Positions 10,170-18,946 of a DNA stretch of 55,002 bases are shown piece by piece (the stretch's first letter is position 1; the number at the start of each line of letters is the position of its first letter). Made by a program: the position numbers and the translations under genes. Below the pieces are notes generated by a model. It was not told the DNA's origin, searched no databases, and worked only from the letters and a program-made list of their open reading frames with translations. The DNA is from Candidatus Argoarchaeum ethanivorans (GTDB lineage Archaea > Halobacteriota > Methanosarcinia > Methanosarcinales > EX4572-44), in assembly GCA_905067555.1 (NCBI GenBank), contig CAJHIS010000003.1:1-55002 (forward strand). The letters run 5' to 3'.

Positions 10170-10189
10170 ATCAAGGAGAAGTCCTTGAT
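10170..10189. repeat. Hairpin module
   Basis: atcaagga-gaag-tccttgat, 17 nt upstream of copy A of the 94-bp repeat. Confidence 0.7.
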
Positions 10190-10206
10190 ATTTTTGGTCT
10201 TGATGG

Positions 10207-10300
10207 ATTGGATTTTCCAGACAAAACACCGAAACTTTCAAGCCAAGAGAAGGGACGCCATCTTTCAAAAGAGTAGAATCTGTCAAACTTAGGTTAAAAG
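10207..10300. repeat. 94-bp direct repeat, copy A
   Basis: attggattttccagacaaaacaccgaaac...gtagaatctgtcaaacttaggtta. About 93 percent identical by eye to 10921-11014, with one 1-nt indel. Confidence 0.9.
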
Positions 10301-10410
10301 ACACTCCGTTTTATCAAATGTTATGCAGGTGACTATAATTTGATTCCGAAACTTTTTTGTGATATGAAGATTAGATTGATAGGTTATACAATTAAAAGGG
10401 TGTTGTTGTT

Positions 10411-10827
10411 TTGGACGATAAAGAGATAATACGCTTGTTGAATCAGGATTTTGTATTGGAGATTGAAGCATCTATGGTCTATGTGAGAAACGCTTTCCTC
10501 ATGAAGGATTGTGTGCCAAGCAGGTTGACCGAAGCCATTGCCATCGATGAAATGCGTCATATGAACTGGCTTGGAGATCTCATCGTTAAAAAAGGCGGCG
10601 TTCCAGTAATGGAGCATAAGGAGCTTGATTTTGGAAGTGAGGATCTTAAAGGGTATTTGCAGAAGCAGTATGATTTGGAAAACGATGCTGTTAAGCGGTA
10701 TCAAGAACAGGTAGACTTAATTGGTGAAAGTGATGCTGAAACTGTTGGAACGTTGAAGCACATTCTGGATGAAGAAAAAAGACACCGTAAAGAGTTTCGA
10801 TTACAGTTAGGGAAACTAAAACAATAG
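10411..10827 (+). CDS. Ferritin-like / bacterioferritin-family diiron protein
   Basis: 138 aa. EIIRLLNQDFVLEIEASMVY, AIDEMRHMNWL and LDEEKRH resemble bacterioferritin helices and E..H ligand motifs. N-terminal homology requires the TTG start at 10411. Confidence 0.75.
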   Translation: MDDKEIIRLLNQDFVLEIEASMVYVRNAFLMKDCVPSRLTEAIAIDEMRHMNWLGDLIVKKGGVPVMEHKELDFGSEDLKGYLQKQYDLENDAVKRYQEQVDLIGESDAETVGTLKHILDEEKRHRKEFRLQLGKLKQ

Positions 10828-10869
10828 ATAAGTTTGATCAACTGCCTTTTCATTCTTATTTTTGTAAAT

Positions 10870-10913
10870 CTTGCTTACTCTGTAAGCAAGTCCTGATTAC
10901 CAAAGTAATCAGG
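10870..10913. repeat. Two tandem hairpin modules downstream of the ferritin-like gene
   Basis: cttgcttac-tct-gtaagcaag (10870-10890) and cctgattac-caaa-gtaatcagg (10892-10913), following a T-rich tract. Possible terminator role. Confidence 0.8.
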
Positions 10914-10920
10914 ATTGTCA

Positions 10921-11014
10921 ATTGGATTTTCCTGACAAAACACCGAAACTTCCAAGCTAAAAGAAGGGACGCCATCTTTCAGAAAGAGTAGAATCTGTCA
11001 AACTTAGGTTAGAA
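10921..11014. repeat. 94-bp direct repeat, copy B
   Basis: Same orientation as copy A. Lies between the ferritin-like gene and tRNA-Ile. Confidence 0.9.
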
Positions 11015-11150
11015 GAATACGACAATATTCCACACATTTTGCAGAAACGGACACGAAAAAGATCATTTCTCATACAATACCCAACAAGTTGACAGTCCCT
11101 GCAGAAAGGAAAACTTAAATATAATACTGCCTGTTTCATTTCTCTACAAC

Positions 11151-11224
11151 GGGCCTGTAGCTTAGCCAGGTGGAGCGCACGGCTGATAACCGTGAGGTCC
11201 TGCGTTCGAATCGCAGCAGGCCCA
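11151..11224 (+). tRNA. tRNA-Ile (anticodon GAU), no intron, CCA not encoded
   Basis: Hand-folded cloverleaf: acceptor gggcctg/caggccc, D arm gctt/gagc, anticodon stem cacgg/ccgtg with loop ctGATaa, T arm ctgcg-ttcgaat-cgcag, discriminator A. 74 nt. Confidence 0.93.
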
Positions 11225-11261
11225 TTTTACCTCACGCTCAAAAAAAACTCTGCATTATGTA

Positions 11262-12680
11262 TTGTCTGGTGTTGTTGATTTGAAGGTTTTGTTGGTTTCC
11301 CCTGGCGAATCTTTTGACATGAAAACAAGCTACCTTCCTATCGGTCTTGCATACATTGGAAGCTATCTGCAAAAGCATGGTGTCCAGGTTGAAGGTCTGG
11401 ACCTTCGGTTTCTTAATAGCTGGGATGAAGCCACACACAGTATTGCAGCAAGTGGCGCTGATGTTGTAAGTATCGGTGCCATGACGATAGAGATGCCACG
11501 TGCCCTGCGGATTGCAGGCATTGCAAAAAAACATCTTGATGCTGTTGTCGTGCTCGGAGGGCCTCATCCAACCGTCTGTCCGGATGAAGTTATAAGAGAG
11601 AAGAATGTGGACATTGTAGTGGTTGGCGAGGGCGAACACACGGTATGGGAAATCATAGAAGCGCTCGAAGGTGTGAGGGGGTTGCACAGTGTTAAAGGGA
11701 TTATATACCACAAGGATGGAAAAGTAGTTCATAATCAAGGACGTGAGCCGATTGCTGATCTTGATTCTCTGCCTTTTCCGGCAAGAGACATTTTTCCACT
11801 TAATAAAGTGCTTTCAAACCCTGTGACCAACTTTCCACTGCCTTCACCTGCTCTTCATGTATTTGCAAGCAGGGGATGCCCATTTACATGCAAATTCTGC
11901 CAGCCCTGCCTGAACAAGATTTTTGGCAACAGGGCACGGTATCGAAGTATTAAAAACGTGTTTGATGAAATCGAATACCTCATCTCTCGCTACAATCTTC
12001 GTGGACTCATGCTCGAAGATGATACTTTTACAGTGAACAAACGATGGACGTATAAGTTCTGCGAGGAGATGAAGAAGCGTGGACTGAGTGAAAAAATAGC
12101 CTGGTACTGCCATACCCGTGCTGATACCATCAATAGAGACATGGCACATATATTAAGAGATGCCGGGTGCATCAGCGTGTGCATCGGGATTGAGTCAGGC
12201 TCGCAGCCTGTGCTTGATATTCTTGGCAAGGGTACAACAGAGAAGCAGTCTTATGATGTACTGAAAATATGCAAGGAAGAAGGGCTGATCGTTGTTAGCA
12301 ATATTATGATTGGCACTCCTGGCGAGACTTACGAAGACCTTGACAAGACTATAAAATTGATAGAATCTATGCAGCCTGAGATGGTATATGTTGGGATTAC
12401 CACTCCCACGCCAGGGACTTACCTGTTTGATGAGGCAGAAAGGGCTGGAATTATCCAGGCTGAATCATGGACAGATTTTGACCGTGGCAAAACATCCGGA
12501 AAAATGAAGATAGATATTGATGACGCCACCCTACACAATGTGCGCAAGAAGCTTTCAATATATGGATTTTCACGCCAGTTTCTAAACGAGTCGTATTATC
12601 GCGATGCATGCCTTAAACGCTGGAAATCATTCATTGACATTGGAAAGCCGGAACAGATACTAAAAGAGATTAATGGTTAA
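11262..12680 (+). CDS. B12-binding domain radical SAM protein (class B)
   Basis: 472 aa. N-terminal cobalamin-binding-type domain (KVLLVSP..., VVLGGPHPT) and the radical SAM motif CPFTCKFC. The start could be TTG 11262 or TTG 11280 (giving MKVLLVSP). Confidence 0.85.
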   Translation: MSGVVDLKVLLVSPGESFDMKTSYLPIGLAYIGSYLQKHGVQVEGLDLRFLNSWDEATHSIAASGADVVSIGAMTIEMPRALRIAGIAKKHLDAVVVLGGPHPTVCPDEVIREKNVDIVVVGEGEHTVWEIIEALEGVRGLHSVKGIIYHKDGKVVHNQGREPIADLDSLPFPARDIFPLNKVLSNPVTNFPLPSPALHVFASRGCPFTCKFCQPCLNKIFGNRARYRSIKNVFDEIEYLISRYNLRGLMLEDDTFTVNKRWTYKFCEEMKKRGLSEKIAWYCHTRADTINRDMAHILRDAGCISVCIGIESGSQPVLDILGKGTTEKQSYDVLKICKEEGLIVVSNIMIGTPGETYEDLDKTIKLIESMQPEMVYVGITTPTPGTYLFDEAERAGIIQAESWTDFDRGKTSGKMKIDIDDATLHNVRKKLSIYGFSRQFLNESYYRDACLKRWKSFIDIGKPEQILKEING

Positions 12681-12704
12681 CAGGATTGTTATGTTTTTGA
12701 GTGA

Positions 12705-13532
12705 TTACCTGATTGTCACATCAAAAACTGAGTGAAGAACCCCTGGGGAGTACTTTTTCACTCGTCTGCATTCGATTGATTTGATTTCGCATCCTGACTT
12801 AAGTACTGCTCTTTTAATTCGTTTGATCGGACGTTGTGGATAGAGTACCTCCGGAACTGCTTCATGGTAATGAAGAGTTCCGCCACTTGTTAGTGCGGTG
12901 ATGCCAAACCGAAGGTACTCTTCTGATGATAGATAGCCCATAATCACCCTGTCTGCCACATTAGTTGGTGTAAGTTTACTGCAATCACCATGCAGTGCCA
13001 CAACTCGTGGTTCGATCCGGTTCAGTTTGATATTCTGTTTAAGATACTGGTACGATTGTGTGTTTAGTTCGATTGCAAGTATCTTTTTTGGTTTTGAGTG
13101 CACCGCTATAGGAACAGTAAAATACCCAATTCCAGCAAACATATCAATAACCACTTCATCATCACAGATTCCATTTAGCCGCTGTCTCTCGTGCAGATTG
13201 CCTGCTGAAAACATAATGCGCATTGGATCAAGCTTGAAAAGACAACCATTTTCCCGGTGAATTGTCTCGAAAGATGTGATGGCACAACGGGATGCGATCA
13301 ACTTCCTTTTTGGTTCTCGAAAGTTTCCATAAATGCCATAATCCAGGAGTACGTATCTGGCACGCGGGTATATTATTAACAGTGCTTCCCCAATCAAGTT
13401 CCATACGGTTACCCCACTTTTCCACCGAACAATGATTGCATCGCCTATGATGTACCAGCTCCGGGGAAGCAGTGCAAGCTCGTCTCTATCAATATGTTTC
13501 TCTAACTGTTGTGCAAGGAGTTTTTTTTTCAT
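12705..13532 (-). CDS. Trm5/Taw2-family (Met-10+ like) tRNA methyltransferase / wybutosine-pathway aminocarboxypropyltransferase
   Basis: VIDMFAGIGYFTVPIA SAM motif, ILAIELN, ALHGDC. I place the start at ATG 13532 (MKKKLLAQQ...). The 72 extra N-terminal residues of the 347-aa track ORF have no family counterpart. Confidence 0.8.
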   Translation of the reverse strand: MKKKLLAQQLEKHIDRDELALLPRSWYIIGDAIIVRWKSGVTVWNLIGEALLIIYPRARYVLLDYGIYGNFREPKRKLIASRCAITSFETIHRENGCLFKLDPMRIMFSAGNLHERQRLNGICDDEVVIDMFAGIGYFTVPIAVHSKPKKILAIELNTQSYQYLKQNIKLNRIEPRVVALHGDCSKLTPTNVADRVIMGYLSSEEYLRFGITALTSGGTLHYHEAVPEVLYPQRPIKRIKRAVLKSGCEIKSIECRRVKKYSPGVLHSVFDVTIR

Positions 13533-13957
13533 AAAAACATGACTTTTAGATATGCCCATCGCCAGCAAGTATCTCAAGTATATCTGAAATAGTGCACATA
13601 AAAGTTTCTCGATCCTCTCTTGCACGTTATTTGCATTACGTATAAATTTTGTTGCTATCGGGGCTTGTAAAGTTATTGGGTGTTGGCATTGTTTTGACCT
13701 GGTTGTGTATTCAGGTATAATGTCTGCGGTTCTTAGGTTTGAACGCATGAAAGAAATTAGAGTTCTGGCATAACACCCGGAGAGTTTACAACCCCATCCG
13801 AGCGTGATTGCTCAATATCTGGTGGTATAAATTCCAAAAATTCTAAGCATAAACTCTAAATAAGCCACAACAGATCTTGCTGGAAGTTCAGTTTCATACA
13901 CATAACTAATATTTCGAATATATTTGAATCAATACACAGCTTATGGTTTTCGAGAAA

Positions 13958-14007
13958 CTGCACAACTTCGTTGTGCAGAAATAACTCTCGATTGCGAAGC
14001 AATCGAG
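13958..14007. repeat. Composite hairpin array (A-B)
   Basis: ctgcacaac-ttc-gttgtgcag (13958-13978), linker aaataact, ctcgattgc-gaa-gcaatcgag (13987-14007). Intergenic. Confidence 0.9.
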
Positions 14008-14161
14008 TTTTGAACCAACATAAAGTTCACGGTTTTGGAAAATTTGTGGAATTTCGGTAGAACTCAGCGAAGTTTTTAAATATGTTCCTGATTCTTCATT
14101 GGATGTGCATAAAAAAAAGGCTTTTTGTATAGCCCTTACGCCAACTGGCAGGCAGGTTAAA

Positions 14162-15154
14162 ATGATAGCAGATTCGCCAGTTGAGTTCATACCATTTTTA
14201 ACTGGTACCGGTCTTGCCTGGATAGACTTTTCAGTTGAAGACATGAAGGAAGCACAGAAGCTGTCAGTCTCTGTCGGTTTTATTTCATCACTCGTGCCAA
14301 CACTTCTTGGTGACTATTATTCTGTCTATGAGGATCTTGATACAGAACTTGGGATGAGGCTGCCGGCTGTTGTCGGGAAAAAATTTGATGTTAAGGTTAC
14401 GCCACTATTGATTCTAATCAAAAAAAATTTGATTATTACGATTCACTACACCGATGCAGTACGTTTTACAAGATTTTCCAGATATGCACCTACATTCCTG
14501 AAAAAGGTAGATCCAAAACTCTCAACTCCGGATAAGATAACAACTCTACTTACCAGATTGATTGATGAGAATAATAATGGAAACTTTGACCATTTGAGAG
14601 AAATAGAAGCTCAAGGAGATGAGATCAGCCACTCGCTCTTAGATTTAGAATCCTCAAGAGCCATGCTTGCACCAGAGATATACAACATGAAGCATGCACT
14701 GATAGCATACCTTGATGCGTTGTGGGCAACCCTTGATGTGATATCCTCCCTTCGTTACGGTGATGCTGAACTCATAAGCGATGATGAACATCTTCTGGCG
14801 ATGTTTACAATCCTTGCAAACGATGTGAATCGCCAGATTTCTCTTGGAGAACACATGTCAGAGGTATTGGTGTCAGGGCTTGAAGTGCTCCAGAGTATCT
14901 ACAACAACCAGCTCCAGGTATTAAACAATAAGGTTTCACTACTCATGGCATGGCTAACAGTAATAGGAACTGCGGTACTGGTTCCAAATACCATTGCAAC
15001 CATATACGGCACTTCTTTTTTTGGCGATAAAGGGCCAGAGGACCTCTGGTGGTACCTGTCACTCCTTTTTGTATCGATGATCTTATCTGGCTGGATGACT
15101 TACTGGTGGATGAAGAAGAAGGACATTATGCCAACAATGCCAGATAAATTATAG
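14162..15154 (+). CDS. CorA-like divalent cation transporter family protein with a non-canonical pore motif
   Basis: Cytoplasmic domain plus two C-terminal TM helices. LTVIGTAVLVPNTIATIYGTSFF aligns to the CorA ...P.T.I.G.YGMNF region, but GMN is replaced by GTS. ATG 14162 is preferred over TTG 14099. Confidence 0.7.
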   Translation: MIADSPVEFIPFLTGTGLAWIDFSVEDMKEAQKLSVSVGFISSLVPTLLGDYYSVYEDLDTELGMRLPAVVGKKFDVKVTPLLILIKKNLIITIHYTDAVRFTRFSRYAPTFLKKVDPKLSTPDKITTLLTRLIDENNNGNFDHLREIEAQGDEISHSLLDLESSRAMLAPEIYNMKHALIAYLDALWATLDVISSLRYGDAELISDDEHLLAMFTILANDVNRQISLGEHMSEVLVSGLEVLQSIYNNQLQVLNNKVSLLMAWLTVIGTAVLVPNTIATIYGTSFFGDKGPEDLWWYLSLLFVSMILSGWMTYWWMKKKDIMPTMPDKL

Positions 15155-15209
15155 AAAACTATATTTTATGTGGCTTACTTAAGTACTCAGTTTTTTAGGG
15201 TAGATAATA

Positions 15210-16475
15210 ATGGATTTAACAACCAAACTAACCGAATTGGTATTAACTGCTGAACTGTATAACAAAAATGAAACTTTCAGTGCGGACGACCTGCCATATC
15301 ATATTCGAACGCATTATTGGAATATAAAAGATAAAACAGTTTCTCGACCGATTTACGTAGCAGAAATTGATGTTGAAAAAATATATGATGTCAACGGCAT
15401 AAGAGAATCCTTGAAAAAACTTCCTTTTATTGAGTTTGAGGAATTTGGCTCACAGATCAAGCTCACGGTGTTTGATATTGCAAGCAAATGGTTTGCAAAA
15501 CAACCGGATGCAAAAGAGCTTATACAAAAAAACCCGGTGCTATCCCACCACTTTGAAAAAAAAGAAATGCTTGATGTTAGTTATGAAAAATCCAAAAAAG
15601 CCAATAAGCCAAAAGAAGCGAGCAGACAGTGGATAGATTCCCTGCTTAATGATATTGCTGCTGAAAAGGATAGCGAGGACATGCTAAAACTTGTATATAT
15701 ACTTGCACCTGAAGAGATCGAACAAACACTCGACAGTCTGGTGTTAACAGAAGAGCAGCAGAATGGTGTTAAGAGGATTTCCAGTGCTATTCAACACAGG
15801 GAATACTTAAAAAAAATAGGGCTCCTTGAGGTAGGAAAACTATTGTTTGTAGGTGCTACCGGCACCGGCAAGACAAGTACAGCAAGTGGACTAGCAAAAC
15901 TACTGCATCTGCCATTTATAGAAGTACGTCTCTCGATGATAACAGACCAGTATCTTGGGGAGACTGCAAAAAACATCGATCGTGTGTTTCATCTATCAAA
16001 GAAGCTGTCGCCCTGCATTCTATTTATCGACGAATTTGATTTTGTAGCTAAAAATCGTTCGTCTGATGAGAATGCAGCCCTCAAGCGGGCAGTGAACACA
16101 CTACTGAAAGCCATTGACGAAATAAGTCTTGTTAGAGATGGGGTTCTTCTCGTTGCAGCCACGAACCATCCACATCTGCTTGATCGTGCGGTATGGCGCA
16201 GATTTGACGAAATAGTGGACTTCCCACTCCCAGACAAACAAATACGAAAGGATATCTTTGATTGTATCACAAAAAACATCGACAGCGAAATAAACACAGA
16301 GGAGCTATCAGAACTCACAGATGGCTATTCCGGTTCAGATCTGCGAGTGGTGGTAAAAGATGCAGTATTAAGCGCTCTACTCACAGACAGAACAAAGCTC
16401 AGCCAGCAGGATCTCTTAAAAGCCATACAATCTTTTGATCGACGAATAATTTTAAAAACAGAAATTAGTTCATGA
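15210..16475 (+). CDS. AAA-family ATPase with an uncharacterised ~190-aa N-terminal domain
   Basis: Walker A GATGTGKT, Walker B ILFIDEFD, second region of homology ATNHPHLLDRAVWRRF. Confidence 0.85.
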   Translation: MDLTTKLTELVLTAELYNKNETFSADDLPYHIRTHYWNIKDKTVSRPIYVAEIDVEKIYDVNGIRESLKKLPFIEFEEFGSQIKLTVFDIASKWFAKQPDAKELIQKNPVLSHHFEKKEMLDVSYEKSKKANKPKEASRQWIDSLLNDIAAEKDSEDMLKLVYILAPEEIEQTLDSLVLTEEQQNGVKRISSAIQHREYLKKIGLLEVGKLLFVGATGTGKTSTASGLAKLLHLPFIEVRLSMITDQYLGETAKNIDRVFHLSKKLSPCILFIDEFDFVAKNRSSDENAALKRAVNTLLKAIDEISLVRDGVLLVAATNHPHLLDRAVWRRFDEIVDFPLPDKQIRKDIFDCITKNIDSEINTEELSELTDGYSGSDLRVVVKDAVLSALLTDRTKLSQQDLLKAIQSFDRRIILKTEISS

Positions 16476-17212
16476 AGATTACGCTCCTCGGCACCGGAGA
16501 TGCAGCAGGCACACCAAAGATAGACTGCAACTGCAAGACGTGCCAGGATGCGTTACAGGGAGGGCGCAGCAGCAGACTCAGATCTGCCACACTTATTGAA
16601 ACAACAAAAGGCAAGGTTCTTATCGATACCGGTCCGGACCTTCGCAAACAATTGCTTCGTGAAAATATCTCCCACATAGATGCATGTATATGGACTCATG
16701 GGCATTACGATCATTATGCTGGCTATCCGGAATTTTATAGAGTGCAAAAACACGTTCCTGTGTATGGCATAACAACCACCCTAAACTACATCTTAGGTTA
16801 TTTGCATTTCTTACATCCGGAACGAAACGATGTTAAACTTTATGAACCATTCGAGCTTGTTGGTGCAATCTTCACGCTATTTAAAGTCATCCATCCCCCG
16901 CAGAAGGATTGTGCAGGTGTGCTGATAGAGCAAAATCACAAAAAAATCGTTATTACCGGAGACACTGGCCCAGCCATTCCACAACAGAGCATCGAACTGA
17001 TGATGGAGGCAGACCTTCTCATTGCTGATGCTATAACGCCCCCCCACATCAAACTCGTAAAACACATGAATGCGGAAGAAGCATTCGAACTGTATAGAAA
17101 GACAGGAGCAAGAAAAGTGATTTTCACACACATAAGTCACCTCTATAAGCCACATGATGAAGCCAGCAAAAAGTGGCCACTCGGTTATGATGGGATGAAA
17201 ATAATAATATAA
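16472..17212 (+). CDS. MBL-fold metallo-hydrolase (PhnP-like subgroup)
   Basis: HGHYDHYAG metal motif, N-terminal CNCKTC Cys pair. ATGA overlap with the AAA gene. Confidence 0.85.
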   Translation: MKITLLGTGDAAGTPKIDCNCKTCQDALQGGRSSRLRSATLIETTKGKVLIDTGPDLRKQLLRENISHIDACIWTHGHYDHYAGYPEFYRVQKHVPVYGITTTLNYILGYLHFLHPERNDVKLYEPFELVGAIFTLFKVIHPPQKDCAGVLIEQNHKKIVITGDTGPAIPQQSIELMMEADLLIADAITPPHIKLVKHMNAEEAFELYRKTGARKVIFTHISHLYKPHDEASKKWPLGYDGMKIII

Positions 17213-17340
17213 TTTTTATTTAGTTTATATATAGGAAAGTATAAACATTTGAGACTGCACAAACAGCCTATCTAACAGAAAGGTATATGTAGTATATATG
17301 AAATCTGTTAACTAATTATCAGGATTTTGGAGAATAATAT

Positions 17341-17514
17341 ATGGGAAAAACAGGCTCGATTGAATGGGTACGTATCAAAGGTAGGAAAGGGCATGTTAGA
17401 ATGATGCCAAGAAGTGAGGTAAAATACAAACGACCAGGCCCAGCACAGCGGTATGCAGCAGACGGTACCAAAAGAAAACGAATTGCTCGCTCACCAAAAG
17501 CACTGGCAAAATAA
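17341..17514 (+). CDS. Small, very basic 57-aa protein (below the ORF-track length cutoff)
   Basis: Hand translation: MGKTGSIEWVRIKGRKGHVRMMPRSEVKYKRPGPAQRYAADGTKRKRIARSPKALAK*. A ggag lies 8-11 nt upstream of the ATG. It sits antisense to the 82-aa track ORF, which has no recognisable features. Confidence 0.6.
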   Translation: MGKTGSIEWVRIKGRKGHVRMMPRSEVKYKRPGPAQRYAADGTKRKRIARSPKALAK

Positions 17515-17570
17515 ACATCTGGGGCACTATCTAAAAAACCAGTGATTTTGACAATTATCATAGACAAATG

Positions 17571-17632
17571 TTATTGTCTCTGTAAAGCGTAGCTTTGCAG
17601 GTTATTGTCTCTGTAAAACGCAAGCTTTGCAG
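17571..17632. repeat. Tandem duplication of a ~31-nt unit containing a C-type hairpin
   Basis: ttattgtctctgtaaagcgtagctttgcag (17571-17600) and ttattgtctctgtaaaacgcaagctttgcag (17602-17632). Confidence 0.85.
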
Positions 17633-17677
17633 ATTAGCCTGGTAAGGAAAACACATTAATAACACGGTGATAATTAT

Positions 17678-18070
17678 ATGGCTATGTCAGAGAGTCTGCT
17701 TGATAATCTAAAGCTTGAAAATGGGCTTGTAGTTGCCATTGCACAGGATTACAGAACAGGAGAGGTGTTAATGTGTGCATACATGAACCCTGAAGCAGTG
17801 GAAGAAACGGTTAAGACCGGGATTGCCCATTACTGGAGTCGCAGTCGCAAGAAACTATGGAAAAAAGGTGAAAGCTCGGGACACACCCAAAAAATTCATG
17901 AAATTCTTGTAGACTGTGATGCGGATGCACTTCTGCTTAAAGTTGAGCAGGTTGGTGGAGCATGCCACATGGGTTACCGCTCCTGCTTTTATCGCAGAGC
18001 AGATGGGAAGATCGTAGGGGAAAAATTATTTGATCCTGATAAAGTCTATAAAGCGCCAGATAGACCGTAA
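17678..18070 (+). CDS. hisI: Phosphoribosyl-AMP cyclohydrolase
   Basis: 130 aa. [59 protein letters not shown] family match across the full length. Confidence 0.92.
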   Translation: MAMSESLLDNLKLENGLVVAIAQDYRTGEVLMCAYMNPEAVEETVKTGIAHYWSRSRKKLWKKGESSGHTQKIHEILVDCDADALLLKVEQVGGACHMGYRSCFYRRADGKIVGEKLFDPDKVYKAPDRP

Positions 18071-18106
18071 TCTTAGAATCAGCAAATGCTTCTGCATTCA
18101 AAAAAT

Positions 18107-18544
18107 TTAAGTAGCTACGTTTTGTTGTTGTTGTATTTGTGTTAACACTTGCTTAGTTTTTTTAAGTTCTGTTGTGATTTGTGAAAGGTTTGTTTTTAAC
18201 TGTTCTATTACGCCTACAATTTCTTGTTTTCTTTTGATCAGTTCTTCTTTTGCTTCTTCAGTAGTTTTCGCTATGCACACGCCACTACCAACCCCAATAA
18301 TTACTGTGTCAGGTTTTGCCAGTACACCGTGTACAAATGACTCTGCACCTATCGGTATAAGAATCTCATCACCCTTTTCTACGTTATTCATTCTATCTGT
18401 AACCTCAATAGCCCTTTCTATCTCACCAAGAGACATCTCTGTGATATTTAGTCTCTGGGAGATTGCTTCCACCTCCTGCTGATACATTTGGTACTGGTAG
18501 AGTATTCCATCAACTTTTTCTTGAGTTAGCTCTTCCTGATTCAT
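18107..18544 (-). CDS. pfdA: Prefoldin subunit alpha
   Basis: 145 aa. Coiled-coil ends flank a beta-hairpin core (ILIPIGAESFVHG...VIIGVGSGVCIAK). ATGA overlap with rplX, a conserved archaeal pairing. Confidence 0.9.
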   Translation of the reverse strand: MNQEELTQEKVDGILYQYQMYQQEVEAISQRLNITEMSLGEIERAIEVTDRMNNVEKGDEILIPIGAESFVHGVLAKPDTVIIGVGSGVCIAKTTEEAKEELIKRKQEIVGVIEQLKTNLSQITTELKKTKQVLTQIQQQQNVAT

Positions 18545-18723
18545 TAGGTAACCTCTTTGACATTGTCAATTTTAATATAGTTGCGTTTTAGTCTGTGTTG
18601 ACTTCCAATAGTGGAATACGTTTTTTCAATGGCGTTTTTTTCATTATTGCTTGTAACATTCTTCGCAAATTTTTGCCATTTTCTCTTTACTCTAAAGCTT
18701 CCTTGTATGACAAAATTCTTCAT
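18544..18723 (-). CDS. rplX: 50S ribosomal protein LX (L18Ae/L20A family)
   Basis: MKNFVIQGSFRVKRKWQKFAKNV...EKTYSTIGSQHRLKRNYIKIDNVKEV matches the LX pattern. Start taken at Met 18723 rather than 18756. Confidence 0.85.
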   Translation of the reverse strand: MKNFVIQGSFRVKRKWQKFAKNVTSNNEKNAIEKTYSTIGSQHRLKRNYIKIDNVKEVT

Positions 18724-18850
18724 AATATCTATATACTCCATGTAATCTGGAAACATGTATTTGAATTTAACTTATATAATTGTTACTGATAATCAAATGT
18801 TGCTGAAAACTTTAAAGAAGGTGCTTCAGTTGTCGAGTGACCTCAATTTG

Positions 18851-18946
18851 AGTGACCTCAACATTTGTAAAGGGCAAAAAATCTCTGTATCTGCACAACG
18901 AAGTTGTGCAGGTCGTCAAGTGACCTCAATATTTATAAAGGGTAAA
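18851..18946 (+). promoter_or_regulatory. Duplicated 28-nt promoter-like element flanking an inverted A-type hairpin
   Basis: agtgacctcaacatttgtaaagggcaaa (18851-18878) and agtgacctcaatatttataaagggtaaa (18919-18946), 25/28 identical. The second copy carries a TATA-like tttataaa about 35-50 nt upstream of the SD and GTG start. A third agtgacctcaa copy is at 18836-18846. Hairpin ctgcacaac-gaa-gttgtgcag at 18891-18911. Confidence 0.45.

Noticed and set aside
10207-11224. An integrated mobile element using tRNA-Ile as its attachment site
   Set aside because: There is no integrase or recombinase gene. The 94-bp repeats do not overlap the tRNA, and the bracketed cargo is a single housekeeping-type gene.
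13533-13748. The 72-codon N-terminal extension of the Trm5/Taw2-family ORF
   Set aside because: The family-typical N-terminus begins at MKKKLL (ATG 13532). The extension has no homology features and runs into the intergenic region.
14099-14161. The TTG-initiated extension of the CorA-like ORF
   Set aside because: The ATG at 14162 gives a CorA-like N-terminus. The upstream part abuts the hairpin array and a spurious antisense ORF.
17319-17567. 82-aa minus-strand ORF
   Set aside because: It lies antisense to a better-supported 57-aa basic protein gene with an SD. It has no recognisable motif.
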